Shown: positions 19,785 through 29,889, counted from the stretch's first letter. The stretch is 64,000 bases of DNA from Bacteroidota bacterium (GCA_947504725.1 CANNHN010000005.1:37704-101703), one strand, 5' to 3'. Notes: generated by a model not told the origin, from the sequence alone. Program-made: numbers and translations.

Positions 19785-20189
19785 ATGTATGTTATGGGAA
19801 ATCAATCTACTCAAGTTACCCACGGAATAAAAATCAGCGTTGAAACAAAGTTTCAAGCTGAACATTCAGTTGCTGAACATCGTCATTTCCTTTTTTCTTA
19901 CCGAATTACTATTGAAAACAAAAGCGAATATACTGTTCAATTAATTTCACGTCATTGGGATATTTACGATTCTAGCAGCGAGCATAGTGAAGTGGATGGA
20001 GAAGGAGTTGTTGGCGAACAACCTGTGTTAGAACCTGGAGAAGTATTTGAATATGAATCGGCATGCAGCTTAACTACAGATATGGGAAGAATGAGTGGGA
20101 AATATCTGATGGAGAGAAAAATTGATAAAGCTCGTTTTTATGTGACAATTCCTGAATTTGAATTGATTGTACCGCAAAGATTGAATTAG
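19785..20189 (+). CDS. apaG: ApaG
   Basis: FSYRITIEN, QLISRHW.I, V.GEGVVGEQP.L.PGE.F.Y.S; start 19785 or 19794. Confidence 0.95.
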   Translation: MYVMGNQSTQVTHGIKISVETKFQAEHSVAEHRHFLFSYRITIENKSEYTVQLISRHWDIYDSSSEHSEVDGEGVVGEQPVLEPGEVFEYESACSLTTDMGRMSGKYLMERKIDKARFYVTIPEFELIVPQRLN

Positions 20190-20206
20190 TTCCTCCGCTT
20201 CGGTCG
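20190..20206. repeat. Degenerate REP-like half site
   Basis: TTCCTCCGCTTCGGTCGGAATGACA; its reverse complement starts GTCATTCCGACCGAAGCG, related to the GTCATTTCGAGCGAAG repeats at 52930 and 53717. Confidence 0.5.
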
Positions 20207-20233
20207 GAATGACAAAAATATTCATCCCCAATT

Positions 20234-20270
20234 AATCCCTCTGCTTTTTATAAGGAGAGGGATTTTTTTT
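20234..20270 (+). terminator. Terminator for apaG overlapping the 3' end of the convergent NUDIX gene
   Basis: AATCCCTCT...AGAGGGATT stem plus T8. Confidence 0.65.
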
Positions 20271-20706
20271 GAAGCATTCCTCCAACTATTTTATCAATCG
20301 CAAGCGTAAAGTCATTTTCGGAGATTGATTTTAAGTCTATCCATCTGAATGTTTGTTCGTGTTCTTTTCCTCCTTCAAAATCAAACACTTTTTCTGTGGT
20401 CTTTATTTCAAAAGTTGAGCAGGGCTTTACTAAATAATAAATGCTTATGATTTGATGTTCGGAGTTGTATGCAGATATTTGCATGTAGTCAGTTGTGTAA
20501 AAATGTTCAATTACTTCTATTTGATTATTAGTTTCTTCCATGAACTCCCTAATAATACAATCAATAGTCCCTTCACCAAATTCCAAACCACCACCTGGAA
20601 ATTTTGTGATTTTAAATCCTTTAATAAGTTCATCTGACAAAAGAACTTGATTTAGCTCGTTTATGAGAATTCCATAAACACGGATGTTGAATTTGTTGAT
20701 TGGCAT
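20248..20706 (-). CDS. NUDIX hydrolase
   Basis: KFPGGGLEFGEG...CIIREFMEET Nudix box. Confidence 0.9.
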   Translation of the reverse strand: MPINKFNIRVYGILINELNQVLLSDELIKGFKITKFPGGGLEFGEGTIDCIIREFMEETNNQIEVIEHFYTTDYMQISAYNSEHQIISIYYLVKPCSTFEIKTTEKVFDFEGGKEHEQTFRWIDLKSISENDFTLAIDKIVGGMLQKKSLSL

Positions 20707-20718
20707 TGTGTGATTTTT

Positions 20719-21408
20719 TTAATTTTTTGTCGCTCTTACCATTTCTCTTTTTCTAGGTGGACCAGGAAGTGTTTCAACTATAAATCCTACTTTTTTTAAT
20801 GTTCGCTTCACTTCTCCTTTGGCGCAATAGGTAACTAAACATCCTTTGGGATTTGTTGCAACGTAAATTTTCGAAAACAATTCTTCTGTCCACATATCAG
20901 GTTGTACTCTTGGTCCGAATGCATCAAAAAATATTAAATCAAAAGAGGAGGAGAAGGTGATTTCTTGTAAAGTATTTTTAATTTTTTGCAAGCTGAAATT
21001 GTTCGATAATTCAATTTTCTTTTCCCATTCTGCTTTGTGTATATCTAGGAATGCTTTTTCTAATTTCGATTCATTTTTATTTTCAATTTTTGAAATCAAT
21101 TTCACATAGTTTAACTGACTTACAATCATAGTATCGAGAGGGAAAGCTTCTAGAGATGTATAATCCAATTTTACATTTAATTTTTCTGCTTCCAAAAAAG
21201 AAAGCAACGCATTTAATCCTGTTCCAAATCCGATTTCTAAAATGGAGATAGTGGAGTAATTTTGTGATACTAAATATTGAATGCCAGTCTTAATAAAAAC
21301 ATGCTGTGCTTCCTGAATGGCTCCATGAATTGAGTGGTAATGCTCATCTAAGTCTTTCACATACAATGAATGTGATCCGTCAGCGGTTGTAATCAGTTCT
21401 CTGTTCAT
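20719..21408 (-). CDS. mnmD: tRNA mnm5s2U34 methyltransferase, stand-alone MnmC methyltransferase domain
   Basis: EHYHS..GAIQEA.HVF, ILEIGFGTGLN, FFDAFGP, W..E.F, TYCAKG.V.R.L...GF, GPPRKREM. Confidence 0.9.
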   Translation of the reverse strand: MNRELITTADGSHSLYVKDLDEHYHSIHGAIQEAQHVFIKTGIQYLVSQNYSTISILEIGFGTGLNALLSFLEAEKLNVKLDYTSLEAFPLDTMIVSQLNYVKLISKIENKNESKLEKAFLDIHKAEWEKKIELSNNFSLQKIKNTLQEITFSSSFDLIFFDAFGPRVQPDMWTEELFSKIYVATNPKGCLVTYCAKGEVKRTLKKVGFIVETLPGPPRKREMVRATKN

Positions 21409-21415
21409 AGTAGAT

Positions 21416-21454
21416 AAAAAAAGAACGCAAAGAAATTTTCTTTGCGTTCTTTTT
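21416..21454 (-). terminator. Intrinsic terminator after the OmpA-family gene
   Basis: GAACGCAAAGAA-ATT-TTCTTTGCGTTC 12-bp stem flanked by A and T tracts. Confidence 0.8.
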
Positions 21455-21469
21455 AATTTATAAAGAAAT

Positions 21470-23533
21470 TTATTTACTTAAAATCTTAAACTCCGTTCTT
21501 CTGTTTAACTGTCGACCTTCGTCTGTGTCGTTCGTTGCAATTGCTTGCTCCTCGCCAAACCCAACTGATGTCAATCTTCCTGCAGAAATTCCAGCTTTTA
21601 CAAGGTAATCAAGAACTGCTTTTGCACGATTGTTAGATAATGTTTTGTTATACTCGTCTGCACCTTTTGAATCTGTGTGACCAGAGATTTCAATTTTTAA
21701 AGTAGGAACGTCATTTAATAATTTTGTTAAACGCTCTAATTCATTTGTTGACTCAGGACGTAATGTTGCTTTGTCGAAATCAAAGAAAATGTTTTTCAAA
21801 ATAATTTTACTTCCAACAGCAATGTTTTTCAATGCAACATCTTTTACAACTTCTTGATAAGCTGCTGTGTTTGGAATGTCAAAGTTCTCAGAGTGGAATA
21901 AATAATTGTCCTTCTTCACTGCAATACCATAATTTCTTCCAGCAGGTAACGAAACTAAATATTTACCAGTTGCGCTATTTGAAGTAAAACTTGCAATTAC
22001 TTGATTTTTTAAGTTGTCTACTATTTCAATAGTTGCTTCTAAAGGTTGTTTTGTTAAATAATCAGTAATTACACCTTTTAATATCGTTAACTGAGCTTCT
22101 TTAATTGCAAGTACAGGAGCAATAACTGTTTCTTTAACAGGTGCAGCTTGACTAGCCAATAAATTATCTTCGTTGTTTAATACCATAGGTTTTTCTAAAC
22201 CAAGGAAAGTGATGACATAAATGTCCTTCTCACCATAACCATTTGCGTTGAAAGATGCATAATAACCATGTTTGCCACTTGCAGATGTAACAAAAAATAC
22301 GTCATCATCTGGTGTGTTTACAGGGTAGCCAATGTTTTCTGGGGTTGTCCATGTTTTTGTTTCGCTGTTGTACACAGTTTTAAAAATATCATAACCACCC
22401 ATACTCTTATGTCCTTGAGAACTAAAATAAAGGGTTTTACCGTCTGGGTGAAGGAATACTCCTTCTTCACCATATTGTGTGTTAATTGTTGGTCCCAGGT
22501 TTACTGCTTTCCCCCATTTCCCTTTTTCGTCTTTTGTAGAGATATAGATATCTCTATCTCCTAATCCGCCATCTGGTTTGTCTGTAACAAAATAAACTGA
22601 TTTTCCATCTGGGGTGTAACATGCAGATGATTCATGATAAGATGTGTTGATGTTTTTATTCATCTGATCTGGCTTACTCCATTTGTCACCTTTTAGTTCT
22701 GACTCATATAAATCGCCATTATTTTTACCAATATAAATTAAAAATTTCTGTCCATCAGCTGATAAACCTGAATTCGCATCATGGTTATCTGTATTAATAG
22801 GAGATCCCATATTTACTGCTTTTGTCCATTTACCGTTTACTCGAGTTGACATATAGATGTCTTCAAAATATTCGTTGATTCCTGGATCTATTAATTCTCC
22901 TGTGCTTCCAGTTCTTCTAGAAGTAAATAACATTACTGATTCATCTGCAGAAATTACCGGTCCATAATCTGGGAATTGTGAATTTACATCTGGACCAACG
23001 TTATCAATGAATACACGAATCGGATTTTTTACCATTTCTTTTCCGTTTAAACATTGACTGATGTGAACATTTACATCTCCCATCAATAAAACTAATTCTT
23101 CACCTTTTAAAGTTTGTTGAAATGTTTGAAACTCTTTTATTGCTTTGTCCCATTCCATATTTAAATGGTATGCTTTCCCTAGTAAAAAGTGTACTTGTGG
23201 GTCAACAGCAGGGTTTAATTGTATCGCTTTTTCTAAAAAAGGAATTGATTTTAATTTGTAATTTGAATACAAATAACATTTACCAATTTTATAGTTTAGC
23301 AGTGCATTGTTTGGGTTAAATTTTTGTGCAGCCAAATAGAATGGATCTAATGCTTGTTTGTAAAAAACAGTTGCCATTGAAAAAAATTCATCGCCTTTTT
23401 CGATGTTATTTTTTGCTTCTTTCAAACCATCTTTATTGTCTTTGAAATTGTCTTTAGTAAATTCTACATTTTGAGCAGAAATGTTTGAAACAAAAAGTAG
23501 AGAGAGTATGTATATTAATTTTTTCATTTTCAT
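21470..23533 (-). CDS. TPR / PD40 beta-propeller / OmpA_C protein (PorE-like architecture, SPI signal)
   Basis: TPR N-terminus, repeated 'N.G..INT...D/E..P.I..DG' PD40 units, C-terminal IFFDFDKA...ISGHTD...LS..RA...NRRTEF. Confidence 0.92.
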   Translation of the reverse strand: MKMKKLIYILSLLFVSNISAQNVEFTKDNFKDNKDGLKEAKNNIEKGDEFFSMATVFYKQALDPFYLAAQKFNPNNALLNYKIGKCYLYSNYKLKSIPFLEKAIQLNPAVDPQVHFLLGKAYHLNMEWDKAIKEFQTFQQTLKGEELVLLMGDVNVHISQCLNGKEMVKNPIRVFIDNVGPDVNSQFPDYGPVISADESVMLFTSRRTGSTGELIDPGINEYFEDIYMSTRVNGKWTKAVNMGSPINTDNHDANSGLSADGQKFLIYIGKNNGDLYESELKGDKWSKPDQMNKNINTSYHESSACYTPDGKSVYFVTDKPDGGLGDRDIYISTKDEKGKWGKAVNLGPTINTQYGEEGVFLHPDGKTLYFSSQGHKSMGGYDIFKTVYNSETKTWTTPENIGYPVNTPDDDVFFVTSASGKHGYYASFNANGYGEKDIYVITFLGLEKPMVLNNEDNLLASQAAPVKETVIAPVLAIKEAQLTILKGVITDYLTKQPLEATIEIVDNLKNQVIASFTSNSATGKYLVSLPAGRNYGIAVKKDNYLFHSENFDIPNTAAYQEVVKDVALKNIAVGSKIILKNIFFDFDKATLRPESTNELERLTKLLNDVPTLKIEISGHTDSKGADEYNKTLSNNRAKAVLDYLVKAGISAGRLTSVGFGEEQAIATNDTDEGRQLNRRTEFKILSK

Positions 23534-23568
23534 TATTATTTTAAAATCGACTAGTTTATAATTTAAAA

Positions 23569-24630
23569 TTATTTACAATCTCCAGTATAATTTCTAGCTG
23601 ATTCAATTCCTAATTCAGCTGCTTTTTTCCAATCAGCGCAGGCACCTGCGTTGTCTCTCAACATTTCTTTAGCAATTCCTCTGTTTAAGTATGCGTAACC
23701 ATAAGATGCATTTAATTGAATTGCTTTTGTGCAATCTTCAACGCTTCCTTTGTAATCTTTTAATTTGTATTTAGCGGATGCTCGATTGTTAAAAGCAAAT
23801 GAATAATCAGCTTTAATCTGAATCGCTTTTGAAAAATCATCAATAGCACCTTGGAAATCTCCATTGTCTAGTTTAGCACTTCCACGATTGTTGTAAGCAA
23901 CATAATAATCTTTTTTCTGATTGATTGCTTCTGTGTAGTCACTAATAGCACCTTTAAAATCTCCTTGTTTGCGCTTAGCACTAGCAAGATTATTATGTGT
24001 AAATGCCATCTCTGAATTAGCAACTAATGCTTTGTTGTAATCTGAAATGGCCCCTTTTAAATCATCTAGTTGACGTTTAGCACTCCCTCTATCGTTGTAA
24101 GCATAGGCGTAATCTGGTTTTACAGTTATTGCTTTTGTGAAATCTTCAATTGCTCCTTTGTAATCAGTGTTTTCAAATTTAATTCCACCTCTATAATAAT
24201 ATGCTTGAGCATAATCCGCTTTCATTTCAACTGTTTTTGTATAGTCTGCAATAGCACCATCTTTGCTTCCAAGTGCATATTTAGATTGGCCTCTGCTAAA
24301 ATAGCTATCGGCAGTTTGATTGATTGTAAGTGCTTTGTCGAAATCGGCAATTGCTCCGTTATAATCTTTCATTTCAAACTTAGTTGTTCCTCTATTATAA
24401 TAGGCTCTCTCGAAATCGGCCTTTAAAGCTATGGCTTGATTAAAATCGTTTAATGCGCCACTGAAATTTTTATTTGCGAAGTTGGCGATTCCACTATTGT
24501 AGAATTTTTCTGCGTCTTGTGAACCATCATCAAGTATTTTTGCTTTTATAATACTATCCGTTTGGGCAGTTGTCAGGTTTTGCAAAGCAATAGAGCAAAA
24601 TACGACTAGTAGTAATTTCGTAACCTTCAT
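23569..24630 (-). CDS. Secreted TPR-repeat protein (about 9 repeats)
   Basis: 34-aa periodic AY.NRG..K..L.DY.GAI.D(F/Y).KAI repeats; signal peptide ending AQ. Confidence 0.93.
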   Translation of the reverse strand: MKVTKLLLVVFCSIALQNLTTAQTDSIIKAKILDDGSQDAEKFYNSGIANFANKNFSGALNDFNQAIALKADFERAYYNRGTTKFEMKDYNGAIADFDKALTINQTADSYFSRGQSKYALGSKDGAIADYTKTVEMKADYAQAYYYRGGIKFENTDYKGAIEDFTKAITVKPDYAYAYNDRGSAKRQLDDLKGAISDYNKALVANSEMAFTHNNLASAKRKQGDFKGAISDYTEAINQKKDYYVAYNNRGSAKLDNGDFQGAIDDFSKAIQIKADYSFAFNNRASAKYKLKDYKGSVEDCTKAIQLNASYGYAYLNRGIAKEMLRDNAGACADWKKAAELGIESARNYTGDCK

Positions 24631-24849
24631 AATTTTATCGTTTTAGATACGATAAATATAGCAAGATTTTTTTAAAGTAAAAAAGGCTGATGTTTTTGCC
24701 AGAAATTAGAGAATCTAGTACTTATTATTAGAGAAAAGTGTAAGAGATGGGGTTAATTAACTCAAATTCAGTAGAATATAACTTTATGTTGTTTTCTCTG
24801 TTTTAAAATAGTTCTATTTAAAGTTGGATAATTTTAATATCATTGTAAT

Positions 24850-26685
24850 ATGAAAAAAATATTTTTAAGTTCCATTATTGTATCAAGTTTGTTTTCAGCT
24901 TGTACTAGTTCAACAGAAGAGAAAACTAATAAAGAATATACTGCTGAACAAATTGCAGAAGAAAGCAAAAAGGTAAGTGCTTTTTTTGATCGTGCTTTCG
25001 ATGCAAAAATTGACAGAGATCCTATGCAGCAATCCATTTTTGGAATTAAAAAGGATTATGATAAATGGCAAAACATTAGTGAGAGCAATGCTCAAAAAGA
25101 AGTGGAAATTTCGAAAGGATATTTAGATTCTTTACATGCAAATTTTAAAATAGAAGCATTAGATGAGCAATCTAAAATTAGCTACCGATTATTTGAAAAA
25201 GCGTGTGAAGACGTAATAGCGAATTATAATTGGCATTTATTTGATTATCCTATAAATCAAATGGGTGGCTTGCATACAGAGATTCCTGCATTTTTAATTA
25301 ATGTGCATAAAATTGAAAATGTTAAAGACGCTGAAGCATATGTTTCAAGATTAAATGGTATAAGTGTTTTATTTGATCAGTTACTTGAGAATTTGAAATT
25401 GCGAGAAGCAAGAAACATTATTCCTCCAAAGTTTGTTTTTCCATATGTTTTAAATGATTGCAAAAATATAACAAGTGGTAAGCCTTTTGATCAATCAGGG
25501 ACTGTTAATCCTCTTATGGAAGATTTTATGAAAAAGGTTAATGAATTGAAAGATTGTAAAGGAGAAGAAAAACAAGCGTTAATTGAAAAAGCAAGTATTG
25601 CACTGAAGTCTTCAGTTAAACCAGCTTACGATAAATTATCCGTATATTTTTTAGAGCTGGAGAAAAAAGCCACGACAGATGATGGAATTTGGAAAGTTAA
25701 AGATGGAGATGCTTATTATGATTTTGCTTTAAAACAAACAACTACTACTGCATTAACTGCAGATGAAATTCATGAAATTGGATTAAAGGAGGTTGCTCGT
25801 ATTCATGATGAAATGAGGGTGATTATGAAAAAAGTAAATTTCAAAAGTGATAATCTCCAAGAATTTTTTGATTTTATGAGAGAAGACAAACAGTTTTACT
25901 ATGCAAATGATGAAGCAGGAAAAGAAGCATACCGTGTAAAGGCTGTAAAAATCATTGATGATATGAAAAAGGAGTTGGATAAATTATTTTTAACAAAACC
26001 CAAAGCTGATATAGTTGTTAAGCCAGTTGAAGCATTTCGTGAAAAATCTGCTGGTGGTGCTTTTTATGAAGATCCTGCTATTGATGGTTCTCGTCCAGGA
26101 AGATATTATATAAATCTTTACAATATGGCAGATCAAGCAATTTATCAAATGGAAGCATTGGCTTATCATGAAGGAATTCCTGGTCACCACATGCAAATTG
26201 CGATTGCTCAGGAGTTGAAAGGTATTCCCAAGTTTAGAATGTATGGTGGCAATACTGCTTATATAGAAGGTTGGGCTTTGTATTCGGAATTGGTGCCAAA
26301 AGAAATTGGTTTTTATCAAGATCCGTATTCTGATTTTGGTAGATTAGCTATGGAATTATTTAGAGCAGCTCGATTGGTAGTTGATACTGGAATTCATCGT
26401 AAAAAATGGTCGCGAGAAAAAGCGTTGGCGTATTTTAAAGAGAATACTCCCAATCCTGAGGGCGATAATAAGAAAGAGATAGAACGTTATATTGTTTGGC
26501 CTTCTCAGGCAACAGGATATAAAATAGGAATGAACAAAATTATCGAACTTCGAGAAAATGCTAAGAAAAAATTAGGAGATAAGTTTGACATTCGCCAATT
26601 TCACGATGTTATTTTAACTTCTGGTCCAGTTCCAATGGATATTTTAGAAGAAATGGTGGATAGTTGGGTAGCGAAAAAGAAATAG
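24850..26685 (+). CDS. DUF885 family lipoprotein (metallopeptidase-like)
   Basis: Lipobox FSAC; HEGIPGHHMQ, AYIEGWALYSE, RAARLVVDTGIH, P.QA.GYKIG. Confidence 0.92.
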   Translation: MKKIFLSSIIVSSLFSACTSSTEEKTNKEYTAEQIAEESKKVSAFFDRAFDAKIDRDPMQQSIFGIKKDYDKWQNISESNAQKEVEISKGYLDSLHANFKIEALDEQSKISYRLFEKACEDVIANYNWHLFDYPINQMGGLHTEIPAFLINVHKIENVKDAEAYVSRLNGISVLFDQLLENLKLREARNIIPPKFVFPYVLNDCKNITSGKPFDQSGTVNPLMEDFMKKVNELKDCKGEEKQALIEKASIALKSSVKPAYDKLSVYFLELEKKATTDDGIWKVKDGDAYYDFALKQTTTTALTADEIHEIGLKEVARIHDEMRVIMKKVNFKSDNLQEFFDFMREDKQFYYANDEAGKEAYRVKAVKIIDDMKKELDKLFLTKPKADIVVKPVEAFREKSAGGAFYEDPAIDGSRPGRYYINLYNMADQAIYQMEALAYHEGIPGHHMQIAIAQELKGIPKFRMYGGNTAYIEGWALYSELVPKEIGFYQDPYSDFGRLAMELFRAARLVVDTGIHRKKWSREKALAYFKENTPNPEGDNKKEIERYIVWPSQATGYKIGMNKIIELRENAKKKLGDKFDIRQFHDVILTSGPVPMDILEEMVDSWVAKKK

Positions 26686-26770
26686 TTCAAAGTTTGAAAG
26701 TTAAAAGAAAAAAATATTAAATAGTGTAAAGTTCTCAAACTTTAAATTTTGAACTTTATAACTTTAAACT
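26684..26770. repeat. Inverted degenerate heptamer arrays
   Basis: AGTTCAA AGTTTGAA AGTTAAA AG ... AAACTTT AAATTTT GAACTTT ATAACTTT AAACT. Confidence 0.55.
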
Positions 26771-26777
26771 AAATAAA

Positions 26778-27896
26778 ATGGCAAAAAAATCTACCCCGAA
26801 ATCAAAAGCATCTAAGTCCATTCTTAATGCTAAATCACATGATTTTTTAAAAACATATTTAAATAATGCTTCTCCAACTGGTTTTGAAAGTGAAGGTCAA
26901 AAGCTTTGGTTAGATTATATTAAACCGTATACGGATGATTATTTTACTGATAATTATGGAACTGCTGTTGCTGTTATAAATCCAAAAGCTGCATATAGAG
27001 TAGTGATTGAAGCGCATGCGGATGAGATTTCTTGGTTTGTACATTATATTACAAATGACGGTTTTATTTATTTAAGAAGAAATGGTGGTAGTGATCATAT
27101 GATTGCTCCTTCTAAAAGAGTAAACATCCATACGGATAAAGGAATTGTAAAAGCTGTTTTTGGATGGCCAGCAATTCACGTTCGTGATGCAGCTCGTGAT
27201 GAACCGCCAACATTAAAAAATATTTTTTTGGATTGTGGTTGTGCTACTAAAAAGGAAGTAGAGGCATTGGGCGTTCATGTAGGTTGTGTTATTACCTATG
27301 AAGATGAATTTATGGTTTTAAATAATCGTTATTATGTAGGGCGAGCATTGGACAATAGAGTAGGTGGTTTTATGATTGCAGAAGTTGCTCGTTTGTTAAA
27401 GGAAAGCAAAACAAAATTGCCATTTGGATTGTACTTTACAAACTCTGTTCAAGAAGAAGTAGGATTGCGTGGAGCAGAAATGATTTCTCAAACAATACGA
27501 CCAAATGTTGCCATCATTACTGATGTTTGTCACGATACACAATCGCCAATGATGAACAAAGTTTCTAGCGGTGATTTAGCTTGTGGAAAAGGACCTGTTT
27601 TAACCTATGGGCCAGCAGTTCAAAATAATCTGCTAAAATTGATAATTGATGCGGCAAATAAAAAGAAAATTCCATTTCAACGAGCAGCAGCTTCAAGAGC
27701 TACTGGAACGGACACGGATGCTTTTGCCTATTCAGTTGGAGGCGTTCCTTCGGCATTGATTTCATTGCCGCTCCGTTACATGCATACTACTGTTGAAAGT
27801 GTACATAAAGATGATGTTGAAAATGTAATTAAGTTGATTTTTGAGACTTTAAAGACTATAAAAAACAATCATGATTTCAAATACATTAAAAAATAA
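26778..27896 (+). CDS. M42 family metallopeptidase
   Basis: SPTGFE, AHADEI, ALDNR.G, VQEEVGLRGA, GTDTD, PLRYMHT. Confidence 0.93.
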   Translation: MAKKSTPKSKASKSILNAKSHDFLKTYLNNASPTGFESEGQKLWLDYIKPYTDDYFTDNYGTAVAVINPKAAYRVVIEAHADEISWFVHYITNDGFIYLRRNGGSDHMIAPSKRVNIHTDKGIVKAVFGWPAIHVRDAARDEPPTLKNIFLDCGCATKKEVEALGVHVGCVITYEDEFMVLNNRYYVGRALDNRVGGFMIAEVARLLKESKTKLPFGLYFTNSVQEEVGLRGAEMISQTIRPNVAIITDVCHDTQSPMMNKVSSGDLACGKGPVLTYGPAVQNNLLKLIIDAANKKKIPFQRAAASRATGTDTDAFAYSVGGVPSALISLPLRYMHTTVESVHKDDVENVIKLIFETLKTIKNNHDFKYIKK

Positions 27897-27977
27897 TAAT
27901 AAAAAGGATGAGTGTTTCTTATTATTGTAAAACTTTCTAGATTAGTTCTCGTATGAAAACATAATAAAATACCCTAG

Positions 27978-28853
27978 ATGAATAATAAAACTACTTTGTA
28001 TTTATACTTATTGCCTTCTCTGCTTCTTTTGAGTTCATGCAGTGATAATTCAAATATTCCGCTAGGGATAACCTCTAACTCTATTGATTCTGTTGCTTTG
28101 CAACAAACAAAATCAACTTCAGTTCTTGCATCGAATTATGAAATGGTAATTAGTGATATTCCATTCCCATTCGAAATTATCGACAATTTATATTCTAAAA
28201 ATATTCCGTTTAATCAAAAGGCAATGAATGAAGTTGCAAATGTTGAGAATTGTAATTTGTATAATTCAAAAGCAATGAATTTAGGCATTTTTGGAGCAGA
28301 TTTGTCTTATGCTGTTACGTATGAAGAGTTTCAGTCGATTGGATCCCGCGTTAAAACTACGAAGCGTTTAGCTGATGAATTAAATATTCCTTATGCTTTT
28401 GATCAAGCAATGATGGATAAATATTCTAAGTACAAAGACAATAAAGATTCATTAACTAAAATTGTGTACGATTCTTATAATCAGGTTGACAAATCCTTAA
28501 AGAACGATGAACGTTTTGGAGTGGCGGCTTTGGTTGTTACAGGAAGTTGGCTGGAAGGTTTGTATATTTCTACAAAAACTTTTATAGATGCTCCTAAAAC
28601 GCCTGATAATAGTTCTTTGTACAAAGTTATCTATGAACAAAAGCAGAGTTTAAAAATTGTGGTGAACTTGCTTGACGAGTATAAAAAAGATGCTTATGTC
28701 TCTAAAGTTATAGAAGAGTTGAATTTGATCATTTCTGAATACAATAACATTTCTTCTGATGTTGCGATGAATGAAAAGCAGTTGATTGCGCTTCATGCTA
28801 AGATTGAGTCGTTTCGTGCAAAAATTGTAGAAGGGGTCGTGATTACTTTTTAA
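27978..28853 (+). CDS. Uncharacterised helical lipoprotein, paralog of 48470-49366
   Basis: Lipobox LSSC; SKAMNLGIFGADLSY, LADEL, G.WLEGL, EQK.SL motifs shared with 48470-49366. Confidence 0.8.
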   Translation: MNNKTTLYLYLLPSLLLLSSCSDNSNIPLGITSNSIDSVALQQTKSTSVLASNYEMVISDIPFPFEIIDNLYSKNIPFNQKAMNEVANVENCNLYNSKAMNLGIFGADLSYAVTYEEFQSIGSRVKTTKRLADELNIPYAFDQAMMDKYSKYKDNKDSLTKIVYDSYNQVDKSLKNDERFGVAALVVTGSWLEGLYISTKTFIDAPKTPDNSSLYKVIYEQKQSLKIVVNLLDEYKKDAYVSKVIEELNLIISEYNNISSDVAMNEKQLIALHAKIESFRAKIVEGVVITF

Positions 28854-29640
28854 ATTTCATTAAAAAAGAATTCAGTTTTTTTAATTCGTCTGTATTTATC
28901 AGATCCACTCCACAGTCCAGAAGAGTTTTCCAAACAATTATATTTTCGGGAGAAGCCCATAAACGAACTTTCTTTCCTTGTTGATGAGCTTGATTCACAA
29001 GTGTTATCAATTTTTCTTTTTCTGTTGTTGGAATTTCTCCTTTCCCTTTCCAAGTTAATACGTTTGAATATTTTGTACTAGCCATAAAACAAAATGAGGA
29101 ATCAAGAGATTTGTCTAAACTCATTAAGCTTTGGTCAGCAAAGGCATAACGTGTAGTTTCTTTTTGAAGAGCATCGTAAGGCTTGTTTCCTGTTATGACA
29201 ATTGTAACAGCATTCACAATTACTTTTCCGTTTTCGAATTTGCTAAGGATGGATTTGTATTTTTCTAAATATTTTTTTAATATTTTGTAGGTTTCTTGAC
29301 CATCTGTTTTGAAATCAATTAAAAGAATAATTGATTCGTTACATTTTTTATAAACAAATCCATTGTTTTTGTTGCAGCTGTCTAGTAGCGGTTTTAAATA
29401 TAAATTTTCTAATGTTTTTTCTTTTTTGAAAACTGGATGAGTATGAGATACAATCAATTCGTTTTTTATTAGGAATATATCTACTTCAATACTTGCAAAT
29501 TTATTTAGTAATGCATCTGATAAAGGATGTTTCTGTTTGTAATCATTATGTGCATGTGCGTTTTTGAAAATACAATCTTGTGAACTTAATGTATTGCATA
29601 AGAGGAAAACAGAAACTGCGACAACTAATTTTATGTACAT
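28843..29640 (-). CDS. Secreted PI-PLC/GDPD-like phosphodiesterase (Aim6-like)
   Basis: NAHAHNDY, SIEVDI, LLIDFK, RLWASP, INTD..L; ATG 29640 with signal peptide ending SSQ. Confidence 0.85.
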   Translation of the reverse strand: MYIKLVVAVSVFLLCNTLSSQDCIFKNAHAHNDYKQKHPLSDALLNKFASIEVDIFLIKNELIVSHTHPVFKKEKTLENLYLKPLLDSCNKNNGFVYKKCNESIILLIDFKTDGQETYKILKKYLEKYKSILSKFENGKVIVNAVTIVITGNKPYDALQKETTRYAFADQSLMSLDKSLDSSFCFMASTKYSNVLTWKGKGEIPTTEKEKLITLVNQAHQQGKKVRLWASPENIIVWKTLLDCGVDLINTDELKKLNSFLMKFKK

Positions 29641-29653
29641 GCTGGGTGTTTTT

Positions 29654-29889
29654 TTAAACACATAGACACATAGTTTTTATTGTTTTCTTTTTTGAATAAC
29701 ATAAATTTGAATAATTTGATTTGAGTAATTGACAAGGAACAAAAGTTGTAGCTGTATTGCATAGAATTGAAGCAAGCTTCAATCAATAGAGATCTGTTTC
29801 TATGTTAAAAATTTATTTTTCTATGTAACCCTTTACTTCATTAATTGGGATTTAATAGAATTTTTTTCTCTATGTGTCTATGTGTTTAA
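29654..29889. mobile_element. 236-bp non-coding element with perfect 20-bp terminal inverted repeats (MITE-like)
   Basis: TTAAACACATAGACACATAG (29654-29673) is the exact reverse complement of CTATGTGTCTATGTGTTTAA (29870-29889). Confidence 0.55.

Noticed and set aside
23569-24630. Periodic DNA in the TPR genes (also 60100-60900) and WG gene as CRISPR or tandem arrays
   Set aside because: Periodicity is codon-level protein repeats with no identical repeat-spacer structure
29674-29869. Remnant gene inside the TIR element
   Set aside because: Frames I read are closed by stops, with no recognisable GxxExxY or transposase motif
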